This document shows, in pieces, positions 1 to 12,770 of a stretch of DNA of 64,000 bases. The notes under the pieces were generated by a model. It made no database searches. It was not told the DNA's origin and saw nothing but the letters and a program-made list of their open reading frames with translations. The DNA is from Mustelus asterias (taxonomy: Eukaryota): contig NW_027590170.1 of NCBI RefSeq assembly GCF_964213995.1, positions 372,001 through 436,000 of the forward strand, written 5' to 3'. Each line of letters starts with the position of its first letter. The stretch's first letter is position 1. A program made the translations under genes and the position numbers.

Positions 1-154
1 CTATTATTTCCGTGCATACGTCCATCTGAATTTAAGTGTATGGTAATAAGAATAATAGGGACAAGAAAAAATGCAGCAGCATAATCCCGCAACAAGATCC
101 TCCAATCATCTGAGAATTCAGTGATCTCCCAAGCAGAGGCCATTTACCTCACTT

Positions 155-171
155 CACCACCAGAGGGAGCG
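155..171 (+). promoter_or_regulatory. CTCF-like motif
   Basis: CACCACCAGAGGGAGCG is a close match to the CTCF core CCASYAGRKGGCRS. Confidence 0.35.
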
Positions 172-319
172 TCCTCACCGTGTTTTTGTGTTCTCTGGAT
201 CAGAAGCGGGTTCCATTACACACTGATATAGGGAGACATAAATCAGGAGAATTGGATTAATTGTTCGATTACACAGTGAAGTGAAACAGAGCAGTAATGT
301 AGAACTGCTACAATTGTTG

Positions 320-909
320 GATTACACAATGATATGTTGCCCTATCTGACCATTGAACTCCTTAACAGTGATGGTGCTGGACCTTTTCTCCTGGTGCTCT
401 TGTGCTGAAACCATCCCCTAGCTCTTTCATCTCTGAATGTGGAGAAGGGGTAACCAGGAGCTTGATTGAAGAACTGTCTGGAGAAAATTAGAAACTTGGT
501 AGAGGCGATGGTGATGTGGTGATGAAGCAAAATGCTTTCTCCATCTGTTCCTTGAATAATCAAGATATGTAATCCCTCCAGGTGACAACGCAAAGCTGCC
601 AAATCTGCAATAAAGCAGGCAGAATTATTTATGGAAGTAAAATTAAATAAAGCGCTTGTGAATGCAGGAAGAATCAAGTTATCAATTCATGTGTCTATCT
701 ATCTATTATTTCCTCTGCTAATCCACCGATCCATATAATGTCACTCTATCTATCTTCTGCTCCCCAGTCAGGTCACTATTATTAACACATATTCCTATTC
801 CCACGACATGGGTTCACATTGCACTCGATTTGAACCATTTGTTCCATCGCACTCACCTCCTCGAACTGGGATATCCAAAATGGTGCCACTGTTGACACAA
901 GAGAAACAT
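320..909 (-). pseudogene. Highly degenerate TCR V pseudogene (leader relic 857-909, V exon about 320-604)
   Basis: Minus strand: acceptor TTTATTGCAG, then ...QGTDGESILLHHHIT...FSRQFFNQAP (FR1/FR2-like) and a frameshifted SDRATYHCV (DxAxYxC). Upstream ATG...AG|GTGAGT. Orphan nonamer-like ACAAAAACA at 189-181. Confidence 0.45.
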
Positions 910-1975
910 GGGGCAGTCTCGAAAGCTTTTTGATCCAACACGGTCTTCTGAACTCACGCGAACCAGATGAAAATAAAAGAGGTCCACCTCAATTGGCACC
1001 TCAATTGGCTGAATCTCAGGAGATTTGTTTGAAATGGCAGGAATATCAGTTGTCCAGAAATCCAACTGCATCGTTAGTAAATACGGTAATGAGCTTTAAA
1101 TTTAAGGATCACCGCACATTTGCTCATAAGTATCCAACATTCACGATGCTGGCTGTTTCTCACCCACACGCCTGATGTTGCTGCTGGTTGGAAGCTCAAA
1201 GGCGACTGGAGTCAATTTACGCTGATGCGTGTGGTCACGTCTAGACAAGTCTGGCAGGCGATTGTTCCATGCTATGTTAGTGAATGTTTACCCCAGATGA
1301 ATATGAATAATGGGTCGATGAACAGGGTTTCTGGCCGATTACCCCGGACTGTGGAAAAGTGCAGTAATAAATAAGGAATGTCATGCCATAACGTCGGAAG
1401 AGGCGTGGGATAAATCAACAGTTGATGAGAAACTGCTCAGTTTTGTTTCACGAGTGAGTGCAGGCAGACACTCAGCCTGTGCATCAAGGGGAATCTCGCT
1501 CACCTCTACAGGTACATTGTGTAATATTGCTTGTTATTCGGTGTTTTGAATTTTACTATTTCATAACTTTCCGTGTTTTAACGTAAGCTTTTTTTTCGTT
1601 TGCCCATTTCACCTGATGTTATTTCGGAATCTTTTCGCCTCAGTCTCTTTGTAATTCCAAGATTTCAGATATCTTGGTTTCCTTGTAACAGTGAGCAGTT
1701 CTCAGATTGTACGTGCGTCTTTGAGTTTCATTAAGTTTCAGTCTTCCATGCTATGTATCAGTGTGGACCACTGTCATCCAGGCATTGCTTTAATGAGCGG
1801 ATTAGTTTATGAGGAACCGTTGGTGAGGCTAAATTTGCATCGGCTGGAGTTTAGAATAAGGGTAGGCTACTTGATTGAAATGTATAATATACTGATTTGA
1901 CAATGTGTTGTAAAGAGGATAGCCCTTCTTGTGGAAAAATCTAGAACTATTTAGAACTATGTGTGAATATTTAGA

Positions 1976-2760
1976 ATAAGTGTGTGGTGATCCATTTTGG
2001 CAGATCCAATGGGATGAAGCAGCAGTATAATATGAAGGGTACCATTCTTAGCAGTGTAGAGGATCAGAAGGACCTTGGGGTCCGGGTCCATACGACTCTT
2101 AAATCGGCCTCGCAGGTGGAGGATGCGGTCAAGAAGGCGTACTGGCCTTCATTAATCGAGGGATTGAGTTTAGGAGTCGGGAGATAATGCTGCAGCTTTA
2201 TAGGACCCTGGTTAGACCCCACTTGGAGTACTGTGCGCAGTTCTGGTCACCTCATTACAGGAAAGATGTTGAAGCCATTGAAAGGGTGCAGAGGAGATTT
2301 ACAAGGATGTTGCCTGGATTGGGGGGCATGCCTTATGAGGATAGGTTGAGGGAGCTTGGTCTCTTCTCCCTGGAGAGACGAAGGATGAGAGGTGACCTGA
2401 TAGAGGTTTACAAGATGTTGAGAGGTCTGGATAGGGTAGACTCTCAGAGGCTATTTCCAAGGGCTGAAATGGTTGCTACGAGAGGACACAGGTTTAAGGT
2501 GCTGGGGGGTAGGTACAGAGGAGATGTCAGGGGTAAGTTTTTCACTCAGAGGGTGGTGGGTGAGTGGAATCGGCTGACGTCGGTGGTGGTGGAGGCAAAC
2601 TCGTTGGGGTCTTTTAAGAGACTTCTGGATGAGTACATGGGATTTAATGGGATTGAGGGCTATAGATAGGCCTAGAGGTGGGGATGTGATCGGCGCAACT
2701 TGTGGGCCGAAGGGCCTGTTTGTGCTGTGGCTTTCTATGTTCTATGTTCTATGTTCTATG
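1976..2760 (+). mobile_element. 5'-truncated young CR1-clade LINE (RT C-terminus plus 3' tail), inserted in an older CR1 relic
   Basis: ORF 2187-2669 has the LVRPHLEYCAQFWSP / RVQRRFTRM / RRRMRGDLIEVYK motifs. (TTCTATG)n tail at 2732-2760. Almost identical to 18636-19417. Confidence 0.93.
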
Positions 2761-3769
2761 TCACTGTTTCAAAATAAGGGTTCACCCATTCAAAGTACCA
2801 TTCTACCACGGCCTCTTCAAATGTATGTCTCTATTTATATATACACATCTGTGGTAACGTCCTTCCTTGGGGTCGCTCTTTATCATTTACTGCTCTCAGT
2901 CTCACATTCATCCTTGTCCCTCAGTTGGATTCTCTCTTTATTAATCCGCTCAATGTCAGCTTTATCTATGTCAATGACTTTTATAACTCTCTCAAAATTT
3001 GCAGGTGGATTGGGTGATATACGTCCTGTACCGCTTCGGGAGTGAGCGCTTACTTGCCTGCATAGCATTGTTGATCAATTCTTTAAACACGGGATGTTAG
3101 CAGGCACTAAGCTGGTGCACTGCTGATTCCATTCAGCCACCTGACCTTGAGATTGCTCAAGTATTCAGCATTGAGACCAGACAGTGAAAGGCCTGATCCA
3201 CTGAAGGATACCTCAATCAGCTCCGTGCCAAAAGTCTCAGGTTCCAAAGCGTTGAATCGAGACAGTCACTAGCTGATGCACAGACTGGCTCACGCTCACC
3301 TGCATAGGTACATTGCTCAGATTTTTGACAGTCAGTATGTACGTGGATAGGAAAACATACATTTCAGTTGCACCAATTTGCACTGGTATATTGCTCAGAT
3401 CTCCTTTTATTTTGTCACATTCTTTGTTACGCTGCATCATTTTTACTCTGTTTTTCTCTTCTCAGCTTGGACTGTTTTTAAACCTATATTTTTTCCCATA
3501 AGTTCTATATATTGGTTGCTCCTTCAATCTCATTTCCGTCACTCGCCATGTAAACTGGATAATCCATACAACCACCCCTTCGCGTGCCCCCCCCCCCCTC
3601 CCCCACACACACAGACACACAACTACCACCCTCGTCACCACCACAACTACCCCCATTCAATGTTGTTATTCCCTGGTTACATCTCGCAAGCTGTATTATA
3701 TGAGGTGCTGTCGGACAGTTTTGAAGCCTTTTTTTTAAGTCTGAGCAACCTATGTTTGGTGGAGCTGAT

Positions 3770-4030
3770 CATAGAAATCATAGAAACCCTACAGTGCAGA
3801 AGGAGGCCATTCGGCCCATCGAGTCTGCACCGACCACAATCCCACCCAGGCCCCACCCCCACATGTTTTACCCACTAATCCCTCTAATCTACACATCCCA
3901 GGACTCTAAGGGGCAATTTTTTTAACCTGGCCAATCAATCTAACCCGCACATCTTTGGACTGTGGGAGGAAACCGGAGCACCCGGAGGAAACCCACGCAG
4001 ACACGAGGAGAATGTGCAAACTCCACACAG
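3770..4030 (-). mobile_element. Shark tRNA-derived SINE (CR1-tail type), partial
   Basis: CATAGAAACCCTACAGTGCAGAAGGAGGCCATTCGGCCC...GGAAACCGGAGCACCCGGAGGAAACCCACGCAGAC. Near-identical copy at 56908-57235. Confidence 0.85.
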
Positions 4031-4332
4031 TTGATCTTCCCGGCCAAGCTTGAATTGAAGGAAATAATAATTCGAACGGAAACAGGAACTGTTTAACTGG
4101 TAGCTGCTCTCTCTCTCCCTCTGATCAATCTTTCAGTCTGATGGAATTCTGCTATTTGTTTTCTCAGCCGACCCTGGATTCAGTTGGGTGACAGTTTGAT
4201 CCGAGGTTAATGTGGTTTCCTCTGGGTGCGTGTTGGAGCGGCTGACAGCGCCGCTGCTCTATATGGCTGTAACTTTCCGCGATTTTCTACACAAACCTCA
4301 ACAGACTGGAGCACCAATGATAGCGGCAAAGC

Positions 4333-4371
4333 AGTTTTTGTACGGGAGTGAGACTGCTTTCTCTCACTGTG
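4333..4371 (-). other. 23-RSS of the V segment
   Basis: CACAGTG (4371-4365), 23 nt, ACAAAAACT (4341-4333). Confidence 0.95.
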
Positions 4372-4928
4372 AGTCTGAAAGCGCAGTAATAGCGGCCAGC
4401 GTCAGTCAGCTGCAGGCTCGAGATGGTTAAAGTGATTAAATTAGCGGATGTCTGGAGTTCAACAAAGAAACGGGGTCCAAAACCTTCCTCTCTCTCTTCT
4501 TGTGGATCCCAGGACAATTTCAATGCAATGAACTGCAAATCCGTCTGTGGTTGCTGTTTGTACCAATATAAGACATAGTTGCTTGCTGTAGTGCTGTAGG
4601 TACATCGGATAGTCACAGTTTCACTTTCTCTCCCCTCTAAAGACTGCGGCTGAGAAACAGAATCTCCATCAGCCGGATCTGTAACATGTGTTGAAGAAGA
4701 GAACAAAAGTTAGTATCGTGTGTGCTGCTGAAATAATATTAATAATTTACATTCACTGGAGTTATCAAACAAAAACTAATGAAGGCCGAAATACTCAGCA
4801 GCGTCAGGAAGCATTATTGGAGGCAAGGAGAATTACAGGTTCTGATTGAGGTAACATTTTACCAGATTGGAGTCATCCTTACCGAAAAGAAAGAGCCCGA
4901 ACACAATGCAGACAGTGAGGAAATGCAT
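4372..4928 (-). CDS. TCR alpha/delta V gene segment, apparently functional (leader exon 4883-4928, V exon 4372-4678)
   Basis: Leader MHFLTVCIVFGLFLF G|GTAAGG, acceptor TTACAG. V exon DPADGDSVSQPQ...VTIRCTY...LYWYKQ...LTISSLQLTDAGRYYCAFR is open in phase 1, with canonical Cys/Trp/Cys. Confidence 0.93.
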
Positions 4929-5199
4929 GGCGGCTGCAGAGCCCGAAGCTGTGGCTATCTTTAAAATTCCAAGCACTGCTGGAACAAAATCTGTTTTTAA
5001 CGTCACTCTCTGAACTCAAACTTCCCGTCCAATCAACCAATCTGCAATCTACCCGTCATAGATTGAGATAACATTTAAATGAGTTTCAGTGATCAGCTGA
5101 AGCTCTTTGACCAACAGTATTAAATACCACAGAATGGAGTCAGTGACTGAGTGTGTACAGTGCATGGTGTGAGGGAAGAATCAGCATTGCTGACCAGAC

Positions 5200-5620
5200 C
5201 ATAAGATATAGAAGCAGAATTAGACCATTCGGCCCATCGTGTCCGCTCCGCCATTCAGTCATGCTGAAAAGTTTCTCAACTCCATTCTTCTCCCCTTTTC
5301 CCAGTAACCTTTGATTCCCTTACCAATCAAGAACCTATCTATCTCAGTCTTAAATACACCCAATGACCTGGCCTCCACAGCCTTCTGTGGCAATGAATTC
5401 CACATATTCACCACCCTCTGGCTGAAGGAATTGCTCTCACCTCGATTCTAAAGGGCTGTCCCTTTATTCCGAGGTTGTGCACTCGGATCCGAGATTCTCC
5501 TACTAACTGAAACATCTTCCCCACGGCCACCCTATCGAGGTCTTTCAATATTCTGTAAGTTTCAATAAGATCCCCCCTCCCCCCAACAAACTCCATCGAG
5601 TTCAGACCCAGGGTCCTCAG
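5200..5620 (-). mobile_element. Old CR1 3' fragment
   Basis: ORF 5408-5596 (RGDLIETYRILKDLDRV) and a CR1-type 3' UTR. Confidence 0.75.
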
Positions 5621-5879
5621 ATATCTGCAGTTTTATTTGATCGGCTTCAGTCGCTCATGTTTGTTGTTGTTTATTTTAGTGTCGGTTTGTGACGGCTTCT
5701 CAAGACCATTAATCGCATTGCCATGTGTCTGACCTGCTTGCATTGAACTCTTCGTTCTGAACCGTTGATTTCCTGGTGTTGCGATTGTAAATGAAACAGA
5801 TTGTACAGCAGCAGATTGAGATGTAGATCCCGTGCGAGAAACAGATGCAGCAACACAGAAACCTTCAAGCTCAGAAACG

Positions 5880-6290
5880 GAGATAAACAAATGGAAAGAC
5901 AGAGGTTGAATCCGAGGCCGAGGCCGTAATAGAAGTAAAGGCATAAGTTCGGAGAAACAGATGGAGATGCAGAGTGAAAAACACGAGGAAAGGGAATGGT
6001 AGAAATGAGGGAGAGGCTGAGAGATAAATAGTGGGGCAGACAGTGAGATAAATGGGGGAAAGAGGGAGGCAGGAAGGGAAATAGATGAAGATACGGTGAA
6101 GGAACCGTGAAGGCAAAGAATGCATATATTTGGAGATAATACCGACGGAGACGCAAAGAGAGACAAACGAATAGTGAACAAGAGAAGCAGAGAAATAGGC
6201 AGTGAGATAAACAAAGGAGTTCACTGAAAAAAGCAATGGCCCAAATGCAACCAGGAAAGAAAGGGAAAAAAAGGGAAAGAAAAGTAGCAT
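5880..6290 (+). repeat. Purine-rich (GA) low-complexity tract
   Basis: Strong A/G strand bias, which explains the overlapping S/L/F-rich minus-strand ORFs. Confidence 0.6.
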
Positions 6291-6418
6291 AATATAGCGT
6301 ATAACGTGATACCGGCGATTTCCAAGAACCTCTTGCAAGCTAAGTAACCAGACCAGTAGTACCATCACATTGTTATCCTTCCCGTACCACTGCAGTAAAT
6401 ACACAAACATGGTGAGGC

Positions 6419-6436
6419 ATCGCCATCTGGCGGCGA
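6419..6436 (-). promoter_or_regulatory. CTCF-like motif
   Basis: Minus strand CGCCGCCAGATGGCGAT matches the CTCF core. Confidence 0.4.
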
Positions 6437-7296
6437 TCTGCGGTAAATGGTCATTCCCTGGAAAATCATCGAATTCTCAAATTACAGAAGGTTGTTGCTG
6501 CATGATTATATTACATTACTCTTGTTCATCCTTTTACTGTTACAATGTAATTAAATGCAGTTGAACGTATACATGAGGGATAATCCCAACTTTATTTAAT
6601 TGCTGGCGATTCGCTTTATTCAATTAATAGTGGTTAAAAAGCTAATTTTAAACAAAATTAACCCATCAATATTCCGATAAGTGCCTCCTCTAAAATACCA
6701 ACACAAGATGTAAATATGACCCTGGATTCACACTCATTTCCTATGTCCTTTAGTTATTTTCATTTAAATCTTCTCATCATAATGTTACTCCTTAAGTTAT
6801 CATATTTTATTATACTTTATCTAATATAAATAGTATCTAATCTAAGAGTAACTTTATCTAATATAACGAGCAATTTGGTGGACTCGTTGAAATGGAAGAC
6901 TGGGAGAAGTCGTCTAAACTCTGAAATTCAGGAAAAGGGCAGAAAGAGAAGAACGTGGAGTAAATGTGAAGGTCAGAAGTAGGGCAAGGGAGGTAGATCC
7001 AGAGTGGCGGAATGACAGAGCGAGATAGACAGGTCTCAAACGAAGGGAGAATCGGAGAACCTGAGAAATACAGGGGGAAAGAGAAGCTCAGATTTCATTC
7101 GTCCAGAGCGAACACTGTTAGGTGCCCGACGACCATAAGTTCAGAGAGAGCAGCCAATCCTTTCGCTTGGAAACGCCCCTCAGTTTCTAAGTAAGTGAAG
7201 TTTCTGCTGATATGAATTTCCAATTTAATATCAGAACAGAAACGTCAACACATTTCAAATATTGTCTCATTTCTGCCGAATCCTAAACCAGACACC

Positions 7297-7838
7297 ATGT
7301 GCTCCTCATTTTGGTTGCTGATAATAATGGTCTTGCTCATTGGTCAATCGTCATTAAGCTCTGGAAAAATGTCATCCTGACACGAAACGTTATCTCTGTT
7401 CTCCCTCTCACACATGTTGTCAGATCTGCTGAAGATTTCCAGCGTTTTCTTTGAGCCAATGTTTAAATGATCAGCGTCTTCCCCATGGACTATGTTCGCT
7501 CCTAGACTTTGAAGAACGTCTGTGTTTTATTAGAGGGACAAATGCTGAAGATTCAGTGTTTCAAGATCGATCTGAATTATCGATTCTGGAAGGACAGAAC
7601 ATAACATTGGACTGTAAATACTCAACAGCTGCTCTTCGAACCCTGTTCTGGTACACCCAGTATCCCGGCAAGCCCCAAGGCAGCTGATGAAGATTTTTAG
7701 CACGGGCGATACCGATAAGTCTCCGGGTTTCCCAGATAGGTTCTCGGCTGCTTTACAGAAAGGAAACAACACTGCTCCTTTAAATATCGCCAGCACTCTT
7801 CTCTCTGACACCGCCGTGTATTTCTGTGCCATGGAGCA
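7297..7838 (+). pseudogene. TCR V pseudogene (1-nt frameshift in FR2)
   Basis: Leader MCSSFWLLIIMVLLI G|GT (7297-7342). V exon from about 7536: GTNAEDSVFQ...ITLDCKY...LFWYTQYPGKP, frameshift near 7675, then QLMKIF...FPDRFSA...LNIASTLLSDTAVYFCAME. Confidence 0.88.
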
Positions 7839-7878
7839 CACACTGGTTCAGAGATATGGCGAAACCTGTACAAAAATC
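7839..7878 (+). other. RSS (24-nt spacer) of the pseudogene V
   Basis: CACACTG (7839-7845), 24 nt, ACAAAAATC (7870-7878). Confidence 0.75.
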
Positions 7879-7939
7879 CCAGGCTGGGAGTTCTCGATAG
7901 TGGTCCGCAGAGGGCGCGCTCACACTGATAAACAGAAAC

Positions 7940-8100
7940 AAGATGTGGAGGTGCCGGCGTTGGACTGGGGTGAACACAGTAAGAAGTCTCACAACACCAG
8001 GTTAAAGTCCAACAGGTTTATTTGGTAGCAAATACCATAAGCTTTCGGAGCGATGCTCCTTCGTCAGATGGAGTGGAAATCTGCTCTCAAACAGTGCAAA
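7940..8100 (+). mobile_element. Interspersed repeat fragment (Penelope-like family; related copies at about 32231-32345, 47380-47665, 51580-51800)
   Basis: GATGTGGAGGTGCCGGCGTTGGACTGGGG...CACCAGGTTAAAGTCCAACAGGTTTATTTGG recurs in the window. The family assignment is inferred. Confidence 0.55.
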
Positions 8101-9864
8101 CAGACAAAATCAGAAACAATTCAGTCCTGTCTATCCACAGGACTAACACAGGACTATCCACAGAAACAATTCAGTCTCAACAGTGAGTGTCACCGGATCA
8201 TAAACAGAATAACAAAACAAAACACAACGCTCAACATGAAAAGCTGAGCCGCAGCTGGTTTTAACTTGCAACTATGCTAAAAATGCATTTATTGTTAGTT
8301 AACTCACATTTATCCTTTTGCTAATATTTCCTTGGATATGTGAATTATTTACCATCTTCACTCTTCGTTTTGTGGTCGTTTGATCAAAGGGTCTATTTGA
8401 TCGGAGTATTGTGCTAGCTAAGGGATCAGTTATATAACATGTGCATTTCACAAGCTTGACACAGAACCATTTAAACAATCCCTGGGAGCAAGGTACAATC
8501 AATGTCCATTCTCATTTTCAATGTTTTTTGACGTAATTCGCAACTTTATAATAACCGGACCAGCGACTTTAATCCCACCGCTGTCCCTAACAATAGAACG
8601 ATATTCCTAATAAGCGCACTGAATGTAACCCAGCTTGGGATATTTCTGCTCACTGAAAGCCATGTATCCATCCACAGGACTAAAAACACGACAGGGGACA
8701 CACGAAAGTGAGGTGCGAGGATCCGATCACATTATAGCAGATTAATAAGTGTGGATTGGAACGAGAGTTTTCTTGCGTCAACTTACCCTTCTACAGAGCG
8801 GCCAGCGACAATGTGTAAGGCAGCACCTGGTTGTATGGGGGCGGGGAGGGGGGATTTCGGGCAGATAATTGTGAAATATACACATTTAATCTGTTTTCCA
8901 AATCATGTTGGAGAGTTTAAAGCACTCCAATATGATTAGTTCAGACTTTAATATACATTTCAGATCTGAGTTATGGAAATTCTGTCACTTAATTACTGTC
9001 CTCAAATGATACGACAGAAGGAGAAGTGTTTTTCGAAAGTTTCACCTATGATACTACATGGAGTGATTTGGTTTTATTCTGGCATTGTCCAATCCCGATG
9101 AACTGCACTCACAGGAAGTCTTACTCATGTCTGCAGACAAGCGGTGAGACAAACAATAGCAACAGCACCGTTCAGGCATCCAAACCTCTCTCAATTTCAA
9201 TGTGGAGAAATTGGACTCTGCAGAGTTGATCAGAAGAAGGGCTCACGTACGGAGTTCGTGATGAATCATAGAATCATAGAAAAATAATCCTTACAGGTCA
9301 GAAGGGAGCATTCGGCCCATCGAGTCTGCACCCCCTACAATCTCACCCAGCCCCAATTCCCGTCACCCCACACATTGACCCTGCTAATCCCCCTGACACA
9401 AAGGTCAATTTGGCATGGCTAATCAATCTAACCCGCACATCTTTGGACGGAAAGCAGTCCCATCCGTGCACTCTGCATTATCTCCGGGAGCTCCTGTCTA
9501 CTGGCTTTTCAATTTTGTGATTCATTTCTTAAAGTTACAAAGCCAATACGCATTACGGAGAGACCAATCAAGAATCAATCTCCACACTTGCCCCGACACC
9601 AATTCAAATTCAAATTCAACCCAATTGATGATCCTCGCAGGATATATGAGCAAGATCCAAGCTGACAAGGTAAGGCATTGCACGTGGACTTGGGCTTGAT
9701 CTGACGCTTAGTCTTAGCCAAAAACCCGATAAGTTTGAAGAGGTTAGAATCGTGGACAGTTGCAGCCACAATGGGGACCGGCGCTGTCAGCTGCTCAAAC
9801 ATACACCGAGACTAAATCAAATTAACATTCTATCAAACTGTCACGTACCTGTTTCAGCAGCGGC

Positions 9865-12410
9865 CGAGAAAATAGGCAGCAGAATTGCTAAGCAGATTAT
9901 GGATAGGCGTGGGAGTCACAGGGTAGTTGTCATGGGAGACTTTAACTTTCCAAATATTGATTGGAACCTTTGTAGGTCGGATAGTTCGGATGGGGCAGTT
10001 TATGTGCAGTGTGTGCAGGAGGGTTCCCTGACACAATATGTGGATAGGCCGAAGAGGTGGGGCCACATTGGATTTGGTACTGGGAAATGAACCGGGGCGA
10101 GTGTTAGATTTGGTTGTGGAAGAGCACTTTGGAGATAGTGCCCACAATTTGGTGTATTTTGTTATTGCAATGGAGAGGGATAGGGCCCGATGGCAGGGCA
10201 AGGTTTATAATTGGGGGAGTGGTAATTATGATGCGATTAGGCAAGAATTAGGGGGCATAAGATGGGAACAGAAACTGTCAGGGAAAGGCACTAATGAAAA
10301 GTGTAACTTTTTCAAGGAACAAATACTATGTGTCCTTGATAGGTATGTCCCTGTCAGGCAGGGAGGAAATGGCCAAGTGAGGGAACCATGGTTCAAAAAA
10401 GAGGTGGAATGTCTTGTGAAAAGGAAGAGGGAAGCTTATGTAGGGATGAGGAAACAAGGTTCAGATGGCTTGATTGAGGGTTACAAATTAGCAAGGAATG
10501 AGCTGAAAAGGGGGCTCAGGAGAGTTAGGAGGGGGGCATGAGAGGTCCTTGGCGGGTTGGATCAAGGAAAACACCAAGGCCTTTTACTCTTATGTGAGAA
10601 GTAAAAGAATGACCAGGGTGGGGATAGGGCCGGCCAAGGACAGTAGTGGGAACTCGTGTATGGAGTCAGTAGAGATAGGAGAGGTGATGAATGAATACTT
10701 TTCTTCAGTGTTCACCAGGGAGAGAGGCCATGTTTTAGAGGAAGAGAAGGTGTTACAGTCTAATAGGCTGGAGGCAGTAGATATTCGGAGGGAGGATGTA
10801 CTAGCAATTTTGAATAACCTGAACGTCGATAAGTCCTCTGGGCCTGATGAAATGTAACCCAGGATTCTTTGGGAGGCAACGGATGAGATTGCAGAGAGCC
10901 TTTGTCTTTGATCTTTAGGTCCTCATTGTCCACGGGGATGCTGCCAGAGGACTGGAGAGTGGCGAATGTTGTTCCTCTGTTTAAGAAAGGGAATAGAAAT
11001 GACCCTGGTAATTATAGGCCGGTTGGTCTTACTTCTGTGGTTCGTAAGTTGATGGAAAAGGTCCTTAGGGATGGGATTTACGAACATTTAGAAAGATGCG
11101 GATTAATCCAGGATAGTCAGCACGGATTCGTGAAGGGCAAGTCGTCCCTCATAAATTTGATAGAATGTTTTGAGGAGGTAACTAAGTGTGTTGATGAAGG
11201 TAGGGCAGTTGATGTCATATATATGGATTTTAGTAAGGTGTTTGGTAAGGTCCCCCATGGTCGGCGTATGATGAAAGTAAGGAGGTGTGGGATAAAAGGA
11301 ATAGGTAACTGGCTATCTGATCGAAGACAGAGGGTGGTCGTGGATGCAACATTTTTGGATAGGTAACTGGCTATCTGATCGAAGACAGAGGGTGGTGGTG
11401 GATGCAACATTTTCGGACTGGAGGCAGGTTGCTAGCGGAGTGCCACAGGGATCAGTGCTTGGTCCTCTGCTATTTGTGAGTTTTATTAATGACTTACAGG
11501 AGGGGGCTGAAGGGTGGATCAGTAAATTTGCAGTGGATGAGGTGGAGGGCTGTCGTAGACTGCAAAGAGACATAGATGGGATGCAAAGCTGGGTTGAAAA
11601 ATGGCAGATGGAGTTTAACCCTGATGAATGTGAGGTGATTCATTTTGGTAGGACTAATTTAAATGTGGATTACAGGGTCAAAGGTAGGGTTCTGAAGACT
11701 GTGGAGGAACAGAGATATCTTGGGGTCCATATCCACAGATCTCTGAAGGTTGCCACTCAAGTGGATAGAGCTGTGAAGAAGGCCTATAGCGTGTTAGCTT
11801 TTATTAACAAGTGGTTGGAGGTTAAGAGCCGTGGGGTTATGCTGTAACTGTACAGGACATTGGTGAGACCACATTTGGAATATTGTGTGCAGTTCTGGTC
11901 ACCTCACTATAAGAAGGATGTGGAAGCGCTGGAAAGAGTGCAGAGGATATTTACCAGGATGCTGCCAGGTTTGGAGGGTAGGTCGTATGAGGAAAGGTTG
12001 AGAGAGCTAGGGCTGTTCTCTCTGGAGCGGAGGAGGTTGAGGAGAGATTTAATAGAGGTTTATAAAATGATGAAGGGTTTAGATAGAGTGAACGTTCAAA
12101 GACTATTTTCTCGGGTGGATGGAGCTATTACAAGGGGGTATGACTGTAGGGTTCATGTTGGGAGATATAGGAAGGATGTCCGAGGTAGGTTCTTTACTCA
12201 GAGAGTGGTTGGGGTGTGGAATGGACTGCCTGCAGTGATAGTGGAGTCAGACACTTTAGGAACATTTAAGTGGTTATTGGATAGGCACATGATGCACACC
12301 AGGATGATAGGGAGTGGGATAGCTCGATCTTGGTTTCAGATAAAACTCGGCACAACATCGTGGGCCGAAGGTCCTGTTCTGTGCTGTACTGTTCTATGTT
12401 CTATGTTCTG
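9865..12410 (+). mobile_element. CR1-clade LINE, disrupted ORF2 (endonuclease C-terminus plus RT)
   Basis: VVMGDFNFPNIDW, ATLDLVL, DPGNYRPV, GVPQGSVLGP and HLEYCVQFWSP motifs lie in broken ORFs. About 57-bp tandem duplication near 11300-11412. (TTCTATG)n tail. Confidence 0.93.
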
Positions 12411-12454
12411 TAGAATATGATCAGACCGACAGTTCCATCATCAAATCAGCCTAC

Positions 12455-12770
12455 AGATAGAAAACATAGAATCCCTACCGTGCAGAAGGGGACCATTCGG
12501 CCCATCGATCCTATACGAACAACAATCGCACCCAGGCCCACTCCCAGAACTCCATTCATTTACCCTAGCTGTTCTCCTGACGTTAAGGGCAGCTTACCAT
12601 GGCCAAACGCGCACATCGTTGGACTATGGCAGGAAAGAGGAGCACCCAGAAGAAAACCACGCAGATACGGGGAGAACGTGTAAACTCCACACAGACAGTG
12701 TGCCAGTTCCGGGATTGCACCCGTTTCCTTGGCACTGAGAGGCAGCAGTGCTAACCACTGTGCGACCACG
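12455..12770 (-). mobile_element. tRNA-derived SINE
   Basis: Minus-strand head GGTCGCACAGTGGTTAGCACTGCTGCCTC with the conserved SINE body. Confidence 0.8.

Noticed and set aside
5633-6410. Three long overlapping minus-strand ORFs
   Set aside because: They arise from a pyrimidine-rich low-complexity strand lacking stops, and show no domain.
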